Source: Salisapilia sapeloensis CBS 127946
Taxonomy: Eukaryota > Protista > Oomycota
Length of the DNA stretch: 38,454 bases
Direction: 5' to 3'
Assembly: GCA_023334545.1 (NCBI GenBank)
Contig: JAADVB010000184.1
Span: forward strand, 1 to 38,454
A program made the translations under genes and the position numbers. Below the pieces are notes generated by a model. It was not told where the DNA came from. It ran no database searches and worked only from the letters and a program-made list of their open reading frames with translations. Shown here piece after piece: positions 19,400 through 31,058 of the stretch. Position 1 is the first letter of the stretch, and each line of letters opens with the position of its first letter.

Positions 19400-22255
19400 A
19401 TGAGTTCGAACTACTCGACCTCTGCGGAGCAGGCAGGTCGCTCGTCTGTTAAAGCTACAAGTACAGAACCTCCAGCTACAGAACGCAACTTTATGATCAT
19501 GGGCTATAATGTCGCTTTCCCAGCTGAAAAGCAACCATTCCCGGCCCAACTCGCTGTCATGAACAAGGCGTTATTGGCCATGAAGACGCAGCAGCATGCA
19601 CTGCTGGAGTCTCCAACAGGTTCAGGCAAGACACTAGCTCTCTTGTGTTCTTCGCTGAGCTTTCAAAAGGCGTATGCAAAAGAAGCCGTAGTGGAGGAAG
19701 CTACCAAAGCTGAGGCCTATATGCGAATGGCACATGAGAACGAATCAAAATCACATGATAACACCAGGGCCACTCCTGTAACACAGGAGCAAGCCGATAC
19801 TCAAAACGTAGTAAAGAATGGAATGTCATCTGCAGAAGCGATCGAAATCGACGAAGACGACGATTTCGCCAGTACACAGCCGACTTTCGAGTCCCTAAAG
19901 AAGAACGCATGGATCAACATGAGCTACAAGCGAAAATCCAACGACGATGAAGACATAAGTGCATATGAACCTGATCGTAAGAAACGTGAAACACATTCGC
20001 CTTCTCCTGACTTTCAGAGAGAAGACGAGACGCCCACTCCATCCATGAACGTTCCACCAACATCTACCAAGAGCAAGTCTAGACCTTACGTCCCGAAGAT
20101 CTACTTTTGCTCTCGAACGCACTCTCAACTATCCCAAGTCGTAGCAGAATTAAAATCTTGTCCACCATCTTACCTCGAGATCCCAGACGTCCGGTCTTCC
20201 AATCCGGATGCTGTAAGGGAGTTGAAAACCTGTGTCCTAGGCTCCAAGACGCACTATTGTGTAAATAAAAAAGCGAATCGAGACTCGGCAAAAGTCGATG
20301 AAAAGTGCCAAGACTTGCTGGAAAAAGACGCTTGCGCCTATTATCGAAAAGGGAAGCGCATGTCAGGCATGAAAAAGTCTTTGCCACCTGTGTGGGACAT
20401 TGAGGACTGCGTTTCTCTTGCCAAACAAGTACACGAGTGCGCCTACTTTGCTTCTCGAGATCAGTTGGATTTCGCAAACGTCATCTTCTGTCCGTACAAC
20501 TACCTTCTCGATCCGTCCATCCGTCAGGCTGTTGGCATCGAGTTATCTCGGAGTATCGTCATATTGGACGAAGCCCACAACGCGGAAGACACGTGTCGGG
20601 ACGCCGCGAGTGTCGAGTTAACACAAGACGCGCTGGCAGCAGCCACCCATTCGTTCACGACAACAGTGAAGAGTGGACGTCGACCTCCGTGCTACTCGAA
20701 CCTCCTGCGTGTCCTCACTGGTCTTCAAAACTGGCTACAAAACGTCCGTTCGAACGCCCGAAGTATCTTGCAACCGTCAGGTTTTGAACAAGAGAGTCGC
20801 GTGTGGAATGGAAGTGACGCTCTTGCCGTCCTGCAAGAGTATTGTAAGGTAGATCGAGAGACGTATGGTACTTTGCAAAACGACTTGAGAGCCGTATCGG
20901 AGAATGAACGCAAGTTGATTGAACGAGGGAAGGACAATGATGAATTGCTTCTGACGAACTTTGCCATGAACATCACGAGCCAAGTCGTGAACGTCATTGA
21001 CTTTATGCTTCGTGAAAATATGCGTTTCTTGGATGACTTTAAGCTTCTGGCGATCAAGAAGAAAGCGTTTGTGCGGAAGAAAGACACGTATACAGCAGAC
21101 GGATGGGAATATAAGCTCTGTCTCTGGTGTCTCAACGCAGCTGTCGCATTCTCCGATCTAGCCACAAAGACCAGGAGCGTCCTACTTACATCCGGAACGC
21201 TAAGTCCCATGGACTCGTTCAGTGGTGAGCTCGGCACTGACTTTCCCATTCGGTTGGAAGCGAATCACGTCGTGAACATGAAGAAGCAAGTGTTCATCGG
21301 AAGTATCATGCAGGGTCCGCGGGACGTCGATTTATCAGCAACCTATCGCAACCAGCAGGATCTACGCTACCAAGACGCGTTAGGCGACCTCATCCATCAC
21401 TTTTGTAAAAGCGTACCAGGAGGCTTGCTTGTCTTCTTCCCGTCTTACTCGTTGCTGAATAAACTATGTACCCGGTGGCGACAAACGTCGTTGATGCAGC
21501 GTCTAGAAGTGGTGAAAAGTGTCTTTATGGAGCCACGGAAGGCAGGAAAAGACTTTGATGCCTTGTTAGAACAGTACAAGAGCAGTATAGCACAAACCAG
21601 TGGCAATAGTGACAGTCAAACGGGTGCTTTATTCTTTGCTGTCTATCGCGGCAAAGTCAGTGAAGGCATTGACTTTTCCAACGAAAACGCACGAGCTGTA
21701 CTTGCTGTCGGCATCCCGTTTCCACATGCGAAGGAGCTACAGGTAGATTTGAAACGAAAGTATCAGGATGAGAAAGCACAAACGGATCCACGACGCGTCA
21801 CAGGGTCGACTTGGTACAACTTGCAGGCCTATCGGGCACTTAATCAAGCACTTGGACGTTGCATTCGCCATCGGAAGGATTACGGTGGTATCTTCCTCCT
21901 GGACTCGAGACATCGAAGTGGAGGAACGGCGCGATCCTTGTCTAAATGGATCCGACCTCATATACAACACTTTGATCGAACGAATGAGTGTCTAGCAATG
22001 CTTCCAGACTTTTATAGTCGGAATAGAGCAGAACTAGGGACTGGTGTCGTTGTAAAGTCCGAAGTGAAGAATGAGGCGCACGTCGATTTGACGTATGAAG
22101 AGGACCGTGGTTCTGATCATGTCGAGAGATCGATGGCAAGCACATTAACCACTGTCCAGCAATATATGGAGAGAAATGACATGCCGAAACAGGAAGATCG
22201 CGTGTTTCCGATCTTCGAGACAAATTCGAACGGAGATGGAGACTCAGCTGTATGA
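19400..22255 (+). CDS. BRIP1: FANCJ/BRIP1-like Fe-S cluster DEAH 5'-3' DNA helicase, 951 aa
   Basis: Q motif FPAQLAVM, Walker A ESPTGSGKTLALLCSSL, SRTHSQL, four Fe-S Cys (HYCVN, EKCQ, DACAYY, ECAYF), ILDEAHN, LTSGTLSP, RGKVSEGIDF, QALGRCIRHRKDYG. N-terminal block is closer to FANCJ than to RTEL1 or XPD by eye. Confidence 0.9.
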   Translation: MSSNYSTSAEQAGRSSVKATSTEPPATERNFMIMGYNVAFPAEKQPFPAQLAVMNKALLAMKTQQHALLESPTGSGKTLALLCSSLSFQKAYAKEAVVEEATKAEAYMRMAHENESKSHDNTRATPVTQEQADTQNVVKNGMSSAEAIEIDEDDDFASTQPTFESLKKNAWINMSYKRKSNDDEDISAYEPDRKKRETHSPSPDFQREDETPTPSMNVPPTSTKSKSRPYVPKIYFCSRTHSQLSQVVAELKSCPPSYLEIPDVRSSNPDAVRELKTCVLGSKTHYCVNKKANRDSAKVDEKCQDLLEKDACAYYRKGKRMSGMKKSLPPVWDIEDCVSLAKQVHECAYFASRDQLDFANVIFCPYNYLLDPSIRQAVGIELSRSIVILDEAHNAEDTCRDAASVELTQDALAAATHSFTTTVKSGRRPPCYSNLLRVLTGLQNWLQNVRSNARSILQPSGFEQESRVWNGSDALAVLQEYCKVDRETYGTLQNDLRAVSENERKLIERGKDNDELLLTNFAMNITSQVVNVIDFMLRENMRFLDDFKLLAIKKKAFVRKKDTYTADGWEYKLCLWCLNAAVAFSDLATKTRSVLLTSGTLSPMDSFSGELGTDFPIRLEANHVVNMKKQVFIGSIMQGPRDVDLSATYRNQQDLRYQDALGDLIHHFCKSVPGGLLVFFPSYSLLNKLCTRWRQTSLMQRLEVVKSVFMEPRKAGKDFDALLEQYKSSIAQTSGNSDSQTGALFFAVYRGKVSEGIDFSNENARAVLAVGIPFPHAKELQVDLKRKYQDEKAQTDPRRVTGSTWYNLQAYRALNQALGRCIRHRKDYGGIFLLDSRHRSGGTARSLSKWIRPHIQHFDRTNECLAMLPDFYSRNRAELGTGVVVKSEVKNEAHVDLTYEEDRGSDHVERSMASTLTTVQQYMERNDMPKQEDRVFPIFETNSNGDGDSAV

Positions 22256-22813
22256 GTAAATAAGTCGCCTACTTGTTTCGACGAATACGTAAATGAAATA
22301 CATATTTCTTTTGTAATTATATGTGTCGTACTCGTTCAGCTAACGGAGGCTACTGCGGAGTTCAACGCACCCAAGTATGTATTGAATATAATAGGTAGCA
22401 TTGCTAGTAGCATTCGATGACTTTCTTTATTAAAAAGCTTGAAGGGCCATAGCTTGCAAGTACTCGAGAACTGCCATACTTTTATTGTCTATTACCCATA
22501 AGGTTGTCGATATGGGCTCAACAGATTATTTACACTACGATATAAGAGGTCGCATGCCGACACTGACGGTCTGGAGCTATATACACGTTGAGAACTTTCA
22601 GAAAATAGATATAGCATTGAAGATACTTATACCAAGATCCTAAAGGTGTTGTAATTGCTTAATGTACAAACGAAAGTATCACTACAAGTAACATTCGAAT
22701 ATGGCCTGGCGATGGCTCCTCACCAAGCTATTCAAGCAAGCAGTGATGTTATCCATCAAATTTGCCGAGGTAATCCCTAACATATGTGTCTACATTCTCA
22801 TTCTCATCAAGAA

Positions 22814-25393
22814 TTATTCTGGTTCGATTCTATCTTCTTGTTTTGCAGAAACAGCTTTTGTTTGATCAAGAGTAGTATCTCGCTGTGCTTGTAGTATGAC
22901 CTGCAAAATCTCGGTTTCGGTGACGCTATGAAGCAGTAAGAATACAGCATAAATGGCTTTTAACTGCTCATACTTCGCCAGTTCATCCATGATGTTGTAG
23001 TTGCCTCCTCGTTGACGTCGAGCATGCCGCTCACGTTCCCACTGCTCTTTAATTCGATCTTTTGCATGGCAAAAGTCGTGTCGTTTTTCTCGAAGTAGTT
23101 TTCGTAAGAGGTTTATCTTGGTGTATGTGGGCACTTTTGCACGCGTGGGTGCAAGTGGTGCCTCCAGTGGATCTGGTCTAGTGAGCAATGACTTTACTGC
23201 TACCCGTCGTGAATATACATACCCCTTGTTCTTGACTGGGGATTGCTGTTTAGTTGGTGAAATGGAAGGCTTACTAACTTGAGGTATGTAGAAATCTCGC
23301 ATGGCATGTTGCAGCTCTTCTTCGATCTTGGATTTTATTCTTTGGTCGATCCTAGTAGTAGGCGGTCCGTTCGCTCTTGTTGGTGATGAAGATCCGGGCC
23401 TCGAACTTGAAATTGACACAGGAGCTTGCACCACACCTTGATTTCGTAAATGGCGATGAACACCTTCGAGATGTTTGGCATTTTGTTTATATAACTTTTG
23501 TTGCTTAGGCGGTACAGTGGCAATGTTTTGCAATGAATAGATGAGTGAAGGCTTCTCGGCATCCTGTGTTTCAGTAACTGATATGATAGCACGATTGCAT
23601 CGCAAGCTAGTTGGAGTACTAGTGAGACCAAACCGACGTCTTGCTTTAAACTCCAGCTTATTCCATACCATAAGAAGAAGTTTAATCCGCGCCTCCGTGA
23701 TAGCTTTCCAAGATCTCCAAATAGATTGGAATCGTCGAACGCGCATCCGGAAGCGTAGCACGACGCGCCGAAACTTAGCATCTTGAAATTCTGTCCAGGA
23801 TGAGATGATGAGGGCTATCGCTTGATATTTTTTTGTTCTTCGCCGTAGCTGTAGATAGCGACGCATGTACTTTTGCATTGTACAGATCGCTTTTAATACC
23901 GTCGGCACTCGATAAAACTCTTTCATAGCAGAGCTAGCCCATTCCATAGATCCAATGTGCTTAAAATGCCGCCAACAACGCTGAATACGTTTCACCATTA
24001 TCAATCGTTTTACCTCTTTCTTTTTGGATACTTGATGCTGGAATAGTAAAGACCATTGATGTACTGCTCCTGACAGTACGACGTTTACCAACCACGATTT
24101 AATGCGGTGCTCCTTTTCGCTTAGTGTAAGCTGGGCATTTCTTCTCTTGTGCCATCGATCAACAGCTTTTAAAATCGTTTGCTCTTGAAGGTCATCAATT
24201 ATTTTCTTTCTTTCTTGAGCTTGGATAAGTTTCCAATCAACTGCAGAAGGGTAAGTAGGTGTTTCCGATGACCTCTGAAGCAAGCTCATCTTAGCTTGCT
24301 TTCTATTTTCTTCCACGTGGTCAATTCCATGTTCTTCAGCAAGTCGTTGCTGCTTGTTGCGTTCTATATTTCTTAAACGATCTAAAACGGTAGGCAAAGT
24401 TCGCAAGTCATTTATACGAGAAGACAGAGTTTTACTGCGAAGTACCACTGCAGCCTGCTCTCGAAATACACTTCGTCGAGTTGAAAAGCGGTTTTCAGTT
24501 GGTTTATGTTTAGGCCTATGAGCTTGTTTTTGAGTTTCATCTTTGATTTCGAGATTTCCTTTTATGTCGTCTGAAGAAGATTGAGCTTGCAAAAGTGAGC
24601 GCCAGAGGCGGTCCACCTCTCGATTGTTAGACTCTCGAGATGACAATAAACTTCTCTCATCGACGCTATATTCTCTTGATGGCGGACGGTTTTCTGTTAG
24701 TAGTCGTTGATGCTGATGGTAGGTTGACGGCTGTACAGACGAGCTCCGGCGAAAGTGACTGCACACAGATTTCCTTGATGCTCCAGCCATATTTTGGTTC
24801 CAATCTCTATCATCATGCGCCTCGGATATAAAATAAGCTAACCTACCATCTTCACTAGACTTTCGTTGATTAAAGTGGGTCTTTCGAAAACGGGGTCGAT
24901 AGATTAGCCATTCCGTCGTGAACAATGATTTGCTCATATCATTCGACGAAAAGTCAACAACTGAACTTTGTGTTGCAGAAACTTGGCATTGCGACATATA
25001 ATCAGATTGACAAAACCCTTCTCTTTGACTATTGAGTCGAGAAACCGATGCATTCGCAAGAGTGTCAATGGAATCCTGGTGATTGTATATCATCGTCTTG
25101 AGGCCAGTTTCTATACCTTTTGCAGATAACCTTTCGTGCTGTGGCTGTGTATCTTCGTAAGTTGAAGAAGGCCTCTTTGTAGGGCTATCACTATCATATT
25201 CCTCATTTGTATTTGCAAGGTATGCGTTCGTCGCGGCGGAGGCTAGACTGGGCAGTTCTTGATTTGATGAATTTGTCAGTGCTACCGAAAGCAGTTGGCT
25301 TTCCAGCTTTTCCTGATTCTTTGCATTTTCTAACTTTACATGGAATCCATCTCGAACGGTAAATCGTTGGGTAGATTTATTTCGAGTCTTCAT
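22814..25393 (-). CDS. Hypothetical protein with IQ-like calmodulin-binding motifs and coiled-coil, 859 aa
   Basis: Uninterrupted 2.6-kb ORF with ATG; IQ-like segments RIQRCWRHFK, TMQKYMRRYL, RFQSIWRSWK; low-complexity Ser-rich N-terminus. No family recognised beyond IQ. Confidence 0.7.
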   Translation of the reverse strand: MKTRNKSTQRFTVRDGFHVKLENAKNQEKLESQLLSVALTNSSNQELPSLASAATNAYLANTNEEYDSDSPTKRPSSTYEDTQPQHERLSAKGIETGLKTMIYNHQDSIDTLANASVSRLNSQREGFCQSDYMSQCQVSATQSSVVDFSSNDMSKSLFTTEWLIYRPRFRKTHFNQRKSSEDGRLAYFISEAHDDRDWNQNMAGASRKSVCSHFRRSSSVQPSTYHQHQRLLTENRPPSREYSVDERSLLSSRESNNREVDRLWRSLLQAQSSSDDIKGNLEIKDETQKQAHRPKHKPTENRFSTRRSVFREQAAVVLRSKTLSSRINDLRTLPTVLDRLRNIERNKQQRLAEEHGIDHVEENRKQAKMSLLQRSSETPTYPSAVDWKLIQAQERKKIIDDLQEQTILKAVDRWHKRRNAQLTLSEKEHRIKSWLVNVVLSGAVHQWSLLFQHQVSKKKEVKRLIMVKRIQRCWRHFKHIGSMEWASSAMKEFYRVPTVLKAICTMQKYMRRYLQLRRRTKKYQAIALIISSWTEFQDAKFRRVVLRFRMRVRRFQSIWRSWKAITEARIKLLLMVWNKLEFKARRRFGLTSTPTSLRCNRAIISVTETQDAEKPSLIYSLQNIATVPPKQQKLYKQNAKHLEGVHRHLRNQGVVQAPVSISSSRPGSSSPTRANGPPTTRIDQRIKSKIEEELQHAMRDFYIPQVSKPSISPTKQQSPVKNKGYVYSRRVAVKSLLTRPDPLEAPLAPTRAKVPTYTKINLLRKLLREKRHDFCHAKDRIKEQWERERHARRQRGGNYNIMDELAKYEQLKAIYAVFLLLHSVTETEILQVILQAQRDTTLDQTKAVSAKQEDRIEPE

Positions 25394-25560
25394 GACGTTT
25401 GATAGCCTTGCAAGCGTCGTGTCTTTCGTTTCAAGATCACGTTGAAGCGTTGCGTAAAAATAGCTGGCGAATCTGATTGGTTAGCTGATGAAAAGATGTT
25501 GTAGATTAGTATAGCTGTAGTAAAATTAGCTGGACACAAAACTGGACACGAAAAACGAAA

Positions 25561-26344
25561 ATGGACTTGACACCCAAGGACAACAAGGTTTACAAGTTGC
25601 AAGAGTACTGGGACTCTCGCTTTAGCTCGTGAGTGTACATTTATTGCTTATTAAAGATCAAGTTTGGTCACAAAGATTTTCTATGAACTAACGAATTTAT
25701 CATGTCTTGTAGGGAGCAAGAGTATGACTGGTTGGCGACGTACGCTGCAGTGGACACACTGATTGCCCAATATGTGAACAAAAGCGACAGTATACTTATG
25801 GTCGGATGTGGGAACTCTACTTTTAGCCCAGACATGTACCGTGCAGGATATCATAATATCACAAACATCGATTTCTCGTCCGTGGTGATCGAGAACATGC
25901 GATCAAAGTACCAGGAGGAGATGCCGGAGATGAAGTGGCAAGTCGCTGATATGACCTCACTGTCCAATGTGTTTAGCAACGGAGAATTCGATGTCGTCAT
26001 TGATAAAGCAGCTATGGATGCTCTCATGGTTCGTGCTACCGTGTTATAAAATCTCGGAATGATATTAACCATTGCGTGAATAATAGTGTGATGAAGGTGA
26101 CGCATGGTCTCCCCCAGAACATATCATTGAAGAAGCAAAAGCAATGTGTTCTGGCATAGCCAATGTGCTTAAAGCTGGTGGCACATTTCTCCAAATCTCG
26201 TTTGGCCAACCTCACTTCCGCAGACGCTACTTGCTTGGTGAAGGCGAGTCAAATGAAGAAAGCAAAGCCTACGGATGGAAGTACTCGTACCACAAAATTG
26301 ACGTCGGACTCGGCTACTTTTTCTATGTTTTACAAAAAAAATAG
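25561..26344 (+). CDS. Class I SAM-dependent lysine methyltransferase, EEF1AKMT4/METTL13-N-like, 213 aa, 3 exons
   Basis: YWDSRF, YDW, ILMVGCGNS, NIDFS, DVVIDKAAMDAL, ISFGQPHFR. Exons 25561-25628, 25713-26028, 26087-26344; introns of 84 nt (gtgagt..tgtag) and 58 nt (gttcgt..aatag) keep the frame. Confidence 0.88.
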
Positions 26345-27215
26345 ACGACGACAAAATTTTGATACAAACACTTGCGCCTTGCTCTTGTGACATTTTCAAA
26401 CGTTGGATGAACGTAAATTCTTACCCTTCTTATAGATAAAATTGAAATCCTATTAACTCTTGCCATAACAATCGTCTGTGTTTGACGATGTAGTGTTTCG
26501 GTTTTGATGTAATCACCGTAGTGTAGGATCAACGAAGCCCGATCGACAGGGACGTGGAATAGAACTGCGATACTCACGAATCATGGACCGTATTTCAAAG
26601 CCCAGATTTCAAAGCTAAGTTCGTGTTCGCACTAAATACTGATCTAGCATAATTGAGGGTCCAGATTTTGTAGCTCTACTAAAGATACTCGAATCGGCAA
26701 TTCCGCGTTCGTTTAGAATCGCCGATTTTGTTTTGCTGCTTGCCAATGGAAACCTAACGAAACGCTTCAATATATCTTTCCCGCCAAACTACAAGTGCAT
26801 AAGCAAGTGTTTGGTGCCCACAATAGAGATGCCGGCGTTGTGGTTTTAGTACATCTCATCTCTTGTACTCCATCCTACGCTTAAATTGAGATTTGCGTTG
26901 TCATGCTCACTGTGGCGTGATCCGCATGAGATTTACAACAGTTAGGCAAGTCTCTTTCGGAACAAACTATGCCGAATTTGGAATACCCTTCAACATATTC
27001 TGCCTTCGTCGATTAGAAAAAGGGCGGTTATCGAGACATAATACCAATTAAAATTTTATCGGGTTTGTTCAATTAATGCCTATTATTATTCGCATAATCT
27101 CCGATTATATGCTAAACAAACACGGCCTTAAAGTATCATAGAAGTGAATCGTAGTCAGGCTTAATTGGACGCGAGGAGCGTCATGACGAGGAGGGCGATA
27201 TTGAATTATCTAACA

Positions 27216-28202
27216 TTAAAGAACCAAAATCTTTAGCACAAGCAGCAGGACTGCTGCTTCCCTCATCTTCACTAAAAATGAAAATAGAGCCTCTCCACTC
27301 GCTGTGTTGGAATTAAGTCTACCCTCTTCATACTCGGTGCAAAATCGACCATAATAATCATCATGACAGTAGCAAGTCTCGCGATGGCAATCACCATGAC
27401 CACCACATGCAGTGCTCAACTCTTCGTCGCATCCATCACATTGTGTGCTGATTCCACCTTCTTCGCATGTGCAGTTCCCACTAATTTCATCTTCCCCGAT
27501 CTCGCACTTTCCTTTATGCCCACATTAAGAAGGTATATTGCATTCGTTTGAGATCGACTTTAGGCACCTGAATGCACGATCATATCCTACATGATATTGG
27601 CAGGAATAGTAGTTTGTAAAACTTGGAGCTATGCAGGTTCCATGACCGTGACAAAGCACACCGTTATCATATGGGTTCCAGGACAAATTGCAATTTCCTA
27701 TGTCACTATTTTCTCTGCTCACGTATGGGTTATTAAAAGGCTTAAATTTATCGACATCCACACACTTGTAAGTTCCGTAGAGAATTTTTCATGCGCTATT
27801 TGAAAACTCTGTATTCATATAGCACATGATATTCTCACAACTCACAGATGCATTGAGTACATATTCTTTGTCATTTTCCAACACTATGTTGCAGTTATCG
27901 ATTCAAGCAAACGCGCAGACAGACTGAATTGCTCCATACTCGGCTGGCCAGGATGCGTAAGTCGGGCAGCGGCCAGAAAGAGTATCAAAGCAGAGGTCTT
28001 CATCGGGCATGCACATGCTTAATCCCTCCAGATCGGTCTCGTCCGTATCAACGGAAACTCAGAAATAGTTGTTACTGTATTCTTGTTTGCAGTGCGCACT
28101 GCTCTCACACTGCCCCGGATAGCTCGAGGCAATCACAGCTTTGAAGAAAGAAGCAGTGAGAGTAGTTACACAATTCGCGCCGATGTATTGCTGTTTAACC
28201 AT
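27216..28202 (-). pseudogene. Pseudogene of an oomycete Cys-rich EGF-like surface protein (329 codons, 4 internal stops)
   Basis: One continuous frame from ATG 28202 to TAA 27216: GRCPTYASWPAEYGAIQSVCAF, ILYGTYKCVD, LCHGHGTC..SC..GY, CGHKGKC..GNCTCEEG..QCDGCD..ACGGHGDC..CYCHDDYYGRFC, hydrophobic tail. Internal stops: TGA 28059-61, TGA 27903-05, TGA 27789-91, TAA 27525-27; no frameshift. Confidence 0.85.
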
Positions 28203-29661
28203 TGCCAATTCTTGTTATGCTGAATTGACGGAGGTAATATCCAGACATTGTAAGGGAGATAAGACTGCTCTAATACTACTCGGGGACAAAGGGATAATGC
28301 GAGAGTGAGTGAAATATCAAAAGAGACCAAACGGGATGCTAGATCTACTTTTAAATCTGGGGAAACGAAACTCCATTGAGACGATTCAGCACAGAGATAG
28401 AACGCCAAGCATTGAAACTCACGAAGGCAACTTGATATTGAAACGACTGCTTTCGCCGCTGCTCACCTACATTTAATGTTCTCACCCAGAAAACGCTTAG
28501 TTTCTTGAGCATCCATTGCAAGTAAGTTACTGGTAGGTTGCAAGTAAAGGTTAAAATGAACGGTTTCCAACTACAAATCATCTAAAAGATAACTTTGTGG
28601 ATGTCAAACAACTCGCATCCAAGCCATGCATACGACGAATGGGCTAAACAAAAATCCAATGCCACTTTAGTATCGGATGGAAATGCCTTTCGATTTTGTG
28701 GAGCAACTTGGCGCGATAGATATCAAGGAGTCTAGATGAAGTAATGGTTTATAATTTGTATGCAGTAGTTTGCATATTTAATTTGCTTCGTTCCTGGAAT
28801 CTCTATGATTTTTACTCACTTCCAACTATTGTGCCTTCCATGCCATTGCACTACGGGCTTTATACGCGAGGCTTTCGTACGAGTTGCACGACGCTTATGT
28901 TTCGACCGCTTTTTAGAGCTGCATTAGAAGGTGATGCTTTTAAATGCTCGGGGATTCTTCATTTGCCTTATACACGAAAAGCATACTCATTCTATCGAAA
29001 ACTATTTCATTTCAATGTCGTCACCTTCCGATAAAATACGCCTTTATAATCCATTTCAGCGTCGCCATCATATAAGGAAACTCTTTTGTAGAATTCTTCT
29101 CTGTTGGCTAGCAATTTCATTCATTCTCGATAATGCGATCCAGTCTGAAAGGCTCTTGGACGTCGCGGTCGCTAAGCGTGGTTTGTATCTTGTAACCGCT
29201 GAAAGCGAAAATAGCTTCATAGTGATTTTCAGACCAGTCCAAGGTTTGAAAGGCTGCAGAGGGTGAAATAATTAGGAAACTCTCATCGAGAATAAATAGC
29301 TTAGGCATTCAACTTACCGTTCTTTTATTGGTACACTTGCTTTAAAGAGTACTGCCATGTACTTTGGCACAATGCAAACAATCTTGTGAAGCGGAAACTT
29401 GGGTAACGATGGAACTTGTATATTTAAAGTAGGTTGCCGCACAAATTTTCATATCCAATCGAAAGTTGCAACGACACGCAGAAAAATGTGTTAAGCTTTG
29501 CCATGACGCTTCCTTGTTCGACGTAGTAGCAACTACTAAGAGCATTGCCCAACATGTAGACGAGCATGAAGCAAAGTGCGTGATGTGTTCATGTCTTTCG
29601 ATAGCACCATCAGCTAAATCTACCCCGGAAGATATTTGTCATACGAAAGCATCCAAAGACG

Positions 29662-31008
29662 ATGTCAAGCGAGGAAGAGTACGAGTTCGACTACAGTAGC
29701 GATGAGGACGAGGATATGGACGACCCTGAGGCCAACTTCATAGTCCAGATCCAGAACCAGTACTACGCTGCAAAGCAGTGCCTGGAGGATCATCCACCAG
29801 ACCACGCGACCGCTCTCGTCGAGTTTGAGAAAGTTTTGTCATTACAAGAGGCTGGCGAGGAGACCGACTGGGGTTTCAAAGCACTCAAGCGGATCGTCAA
29901 GCTCCTATTTGAGTCTGGAGAGCACACAAAGGCTATGGAACGGTATCAGGAACTGCTGGGCTACACCAAGAGCACAGTGACTCGGAACGTCGGTGAAAAA
30001 GGGATCAATGGCATCCTAGACTACGTTTCCACGTCCAAGAACTGGGACGTTCTCCAGCAATTCTATGAACAGACACTCGAGACGCTCAAGGAAGCTCGGA
30101 ACGAGCGTCTGTGGTTTAAAACAAACCTCAAACTAGGTAATTTGTTGTTTGAGATCGGAGACTTTAGTCGATTGCGCCAGATCATCAAAGAGCTTCTCGC
30201 ATCCTGCGATGAAGAAGAAGGAGACGACGGTGTCAAGAAGAACACGCAACTATTGGAAGTGTATGCTCTACAGATCCAAATGTACACGTCCCAAAAGGAC
30301 AACAAGAAGCTCGTGTCGATCTATGAAAAAGCGTTACGAACCAAGAGTGGAGTCGCCCACCCGCGTATCATCGGCGTCATCCGTGAATGCGGTGGCAAGA
30401 TGCACATGATGCAGCGTGACTGGGATCGTGCACGTAGTGATTTCTTTGAAGGTTTTAAAAGCTTTGATGAGGCAGGCGAGCCACGTCGTCTCCAGTGCCT
30501 CAAGTACTTGGTTCTCGCGAACATGCTGAGCGAGAGTCAGGTCAACGTCTTTGACAGTCAAGAAGCCAAGCCATACGAGAACGACAAAGAGATCACGGCC
30601 ATGACGCAGCTCACGTCTGCTTTCCTCCACGATGAGATCCGAGAGTTTGAACGACTCCTACGACACAACAAGAGCTCAATCCTAGCAGATCCGTTTATCA
30701 AGCACTACATCGACCGTCTACTACGTACGATCCGGAGCAAAGTGCTGCTAAAGATCGTCACTCCGTACAAACGCCTGACCCTGACATTCATCGCGAAAGA
30801 GCTGAACAATGTCAGTATCGATGAAGTCGAGTCGATCTTATCTGCTCTCGTGCTCGACAAGAAACTCGATGCCAAGATCGATCAAGTCGGCCAGACGCTC
30901 GTGATCGGTGGATCGACGTCCAATAAACTCAGTACAGCGTTGGAACAGTGGAGCACTAGTCTCCGTCGATTCCATGAAACGACTGCCACGCGTGTCACTG
31001 TCAGCTAA
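29662..31008 (+). CDS. CSN2: COP9 signalosome complex subunit 2 (PCI domain), 448 aa
   Basis: Acidic N-terminus EEYEFDYSSD, WGFKALK, LKEARNERLWFKTNLKLG, QLLEVYALQIQMYT, IRECGGKMH, DFFEGFKSFDEAG, C-terminal PCI. Confidence 0.95.
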   Translation: MSSEEEYEFDYSSDEDEDMDDPEANFIVQIQNQYYAAKQCLEDHPPDHATALVEFEKVLSLQEAGEETDWGFKALKRIVKLLFESGEHTKAMERYQELLGYTKSTVTRNVGEKGINGILDYVSTSKNWDVLQQFYEQTLETLKEARNERLWFKTNLKLGNLLFEIGDFSRLRQIIKELLASCDEEEGDDGVKKNTQLLEVYALQIQMYTSQKDNKKLVSIYEKALRTKSGVAHPRIIGVIRECGGKMHMMQRDWDRARSDFFEGFKSFDEAGEPRRLQCLKYLVLANMLSESQVNVFDSQEAKPYENDKEITAMTQLTSAFLHDEIREFERLLRHNKSSILADPFIKHYIDRLLRTIRSKVLLKIVTPYKRLTLTFIAKELNNVSIDEVESILSALVLDKKLDAKIDQVGQTLVIGGSTSNKLSTALEQWSTSLRRFHETTATRVTVS

Positions 31009-31058
31009 AAAGAAATCTTGATCATTTTCTTACCTACAAAGCTTGCATTCTAAAGCGT

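Noticed and set aside
27216-28202. Selenocysteine or alternative-genetic-code reading of the three TGA codons in the EGF-like frame
   Set aside because: A TAA also interrupts the frame, TGA is a normal stop in APH-1 and FANCJ here, and the downstream ATGA..AA..GA segment does not form a SECIS helix.
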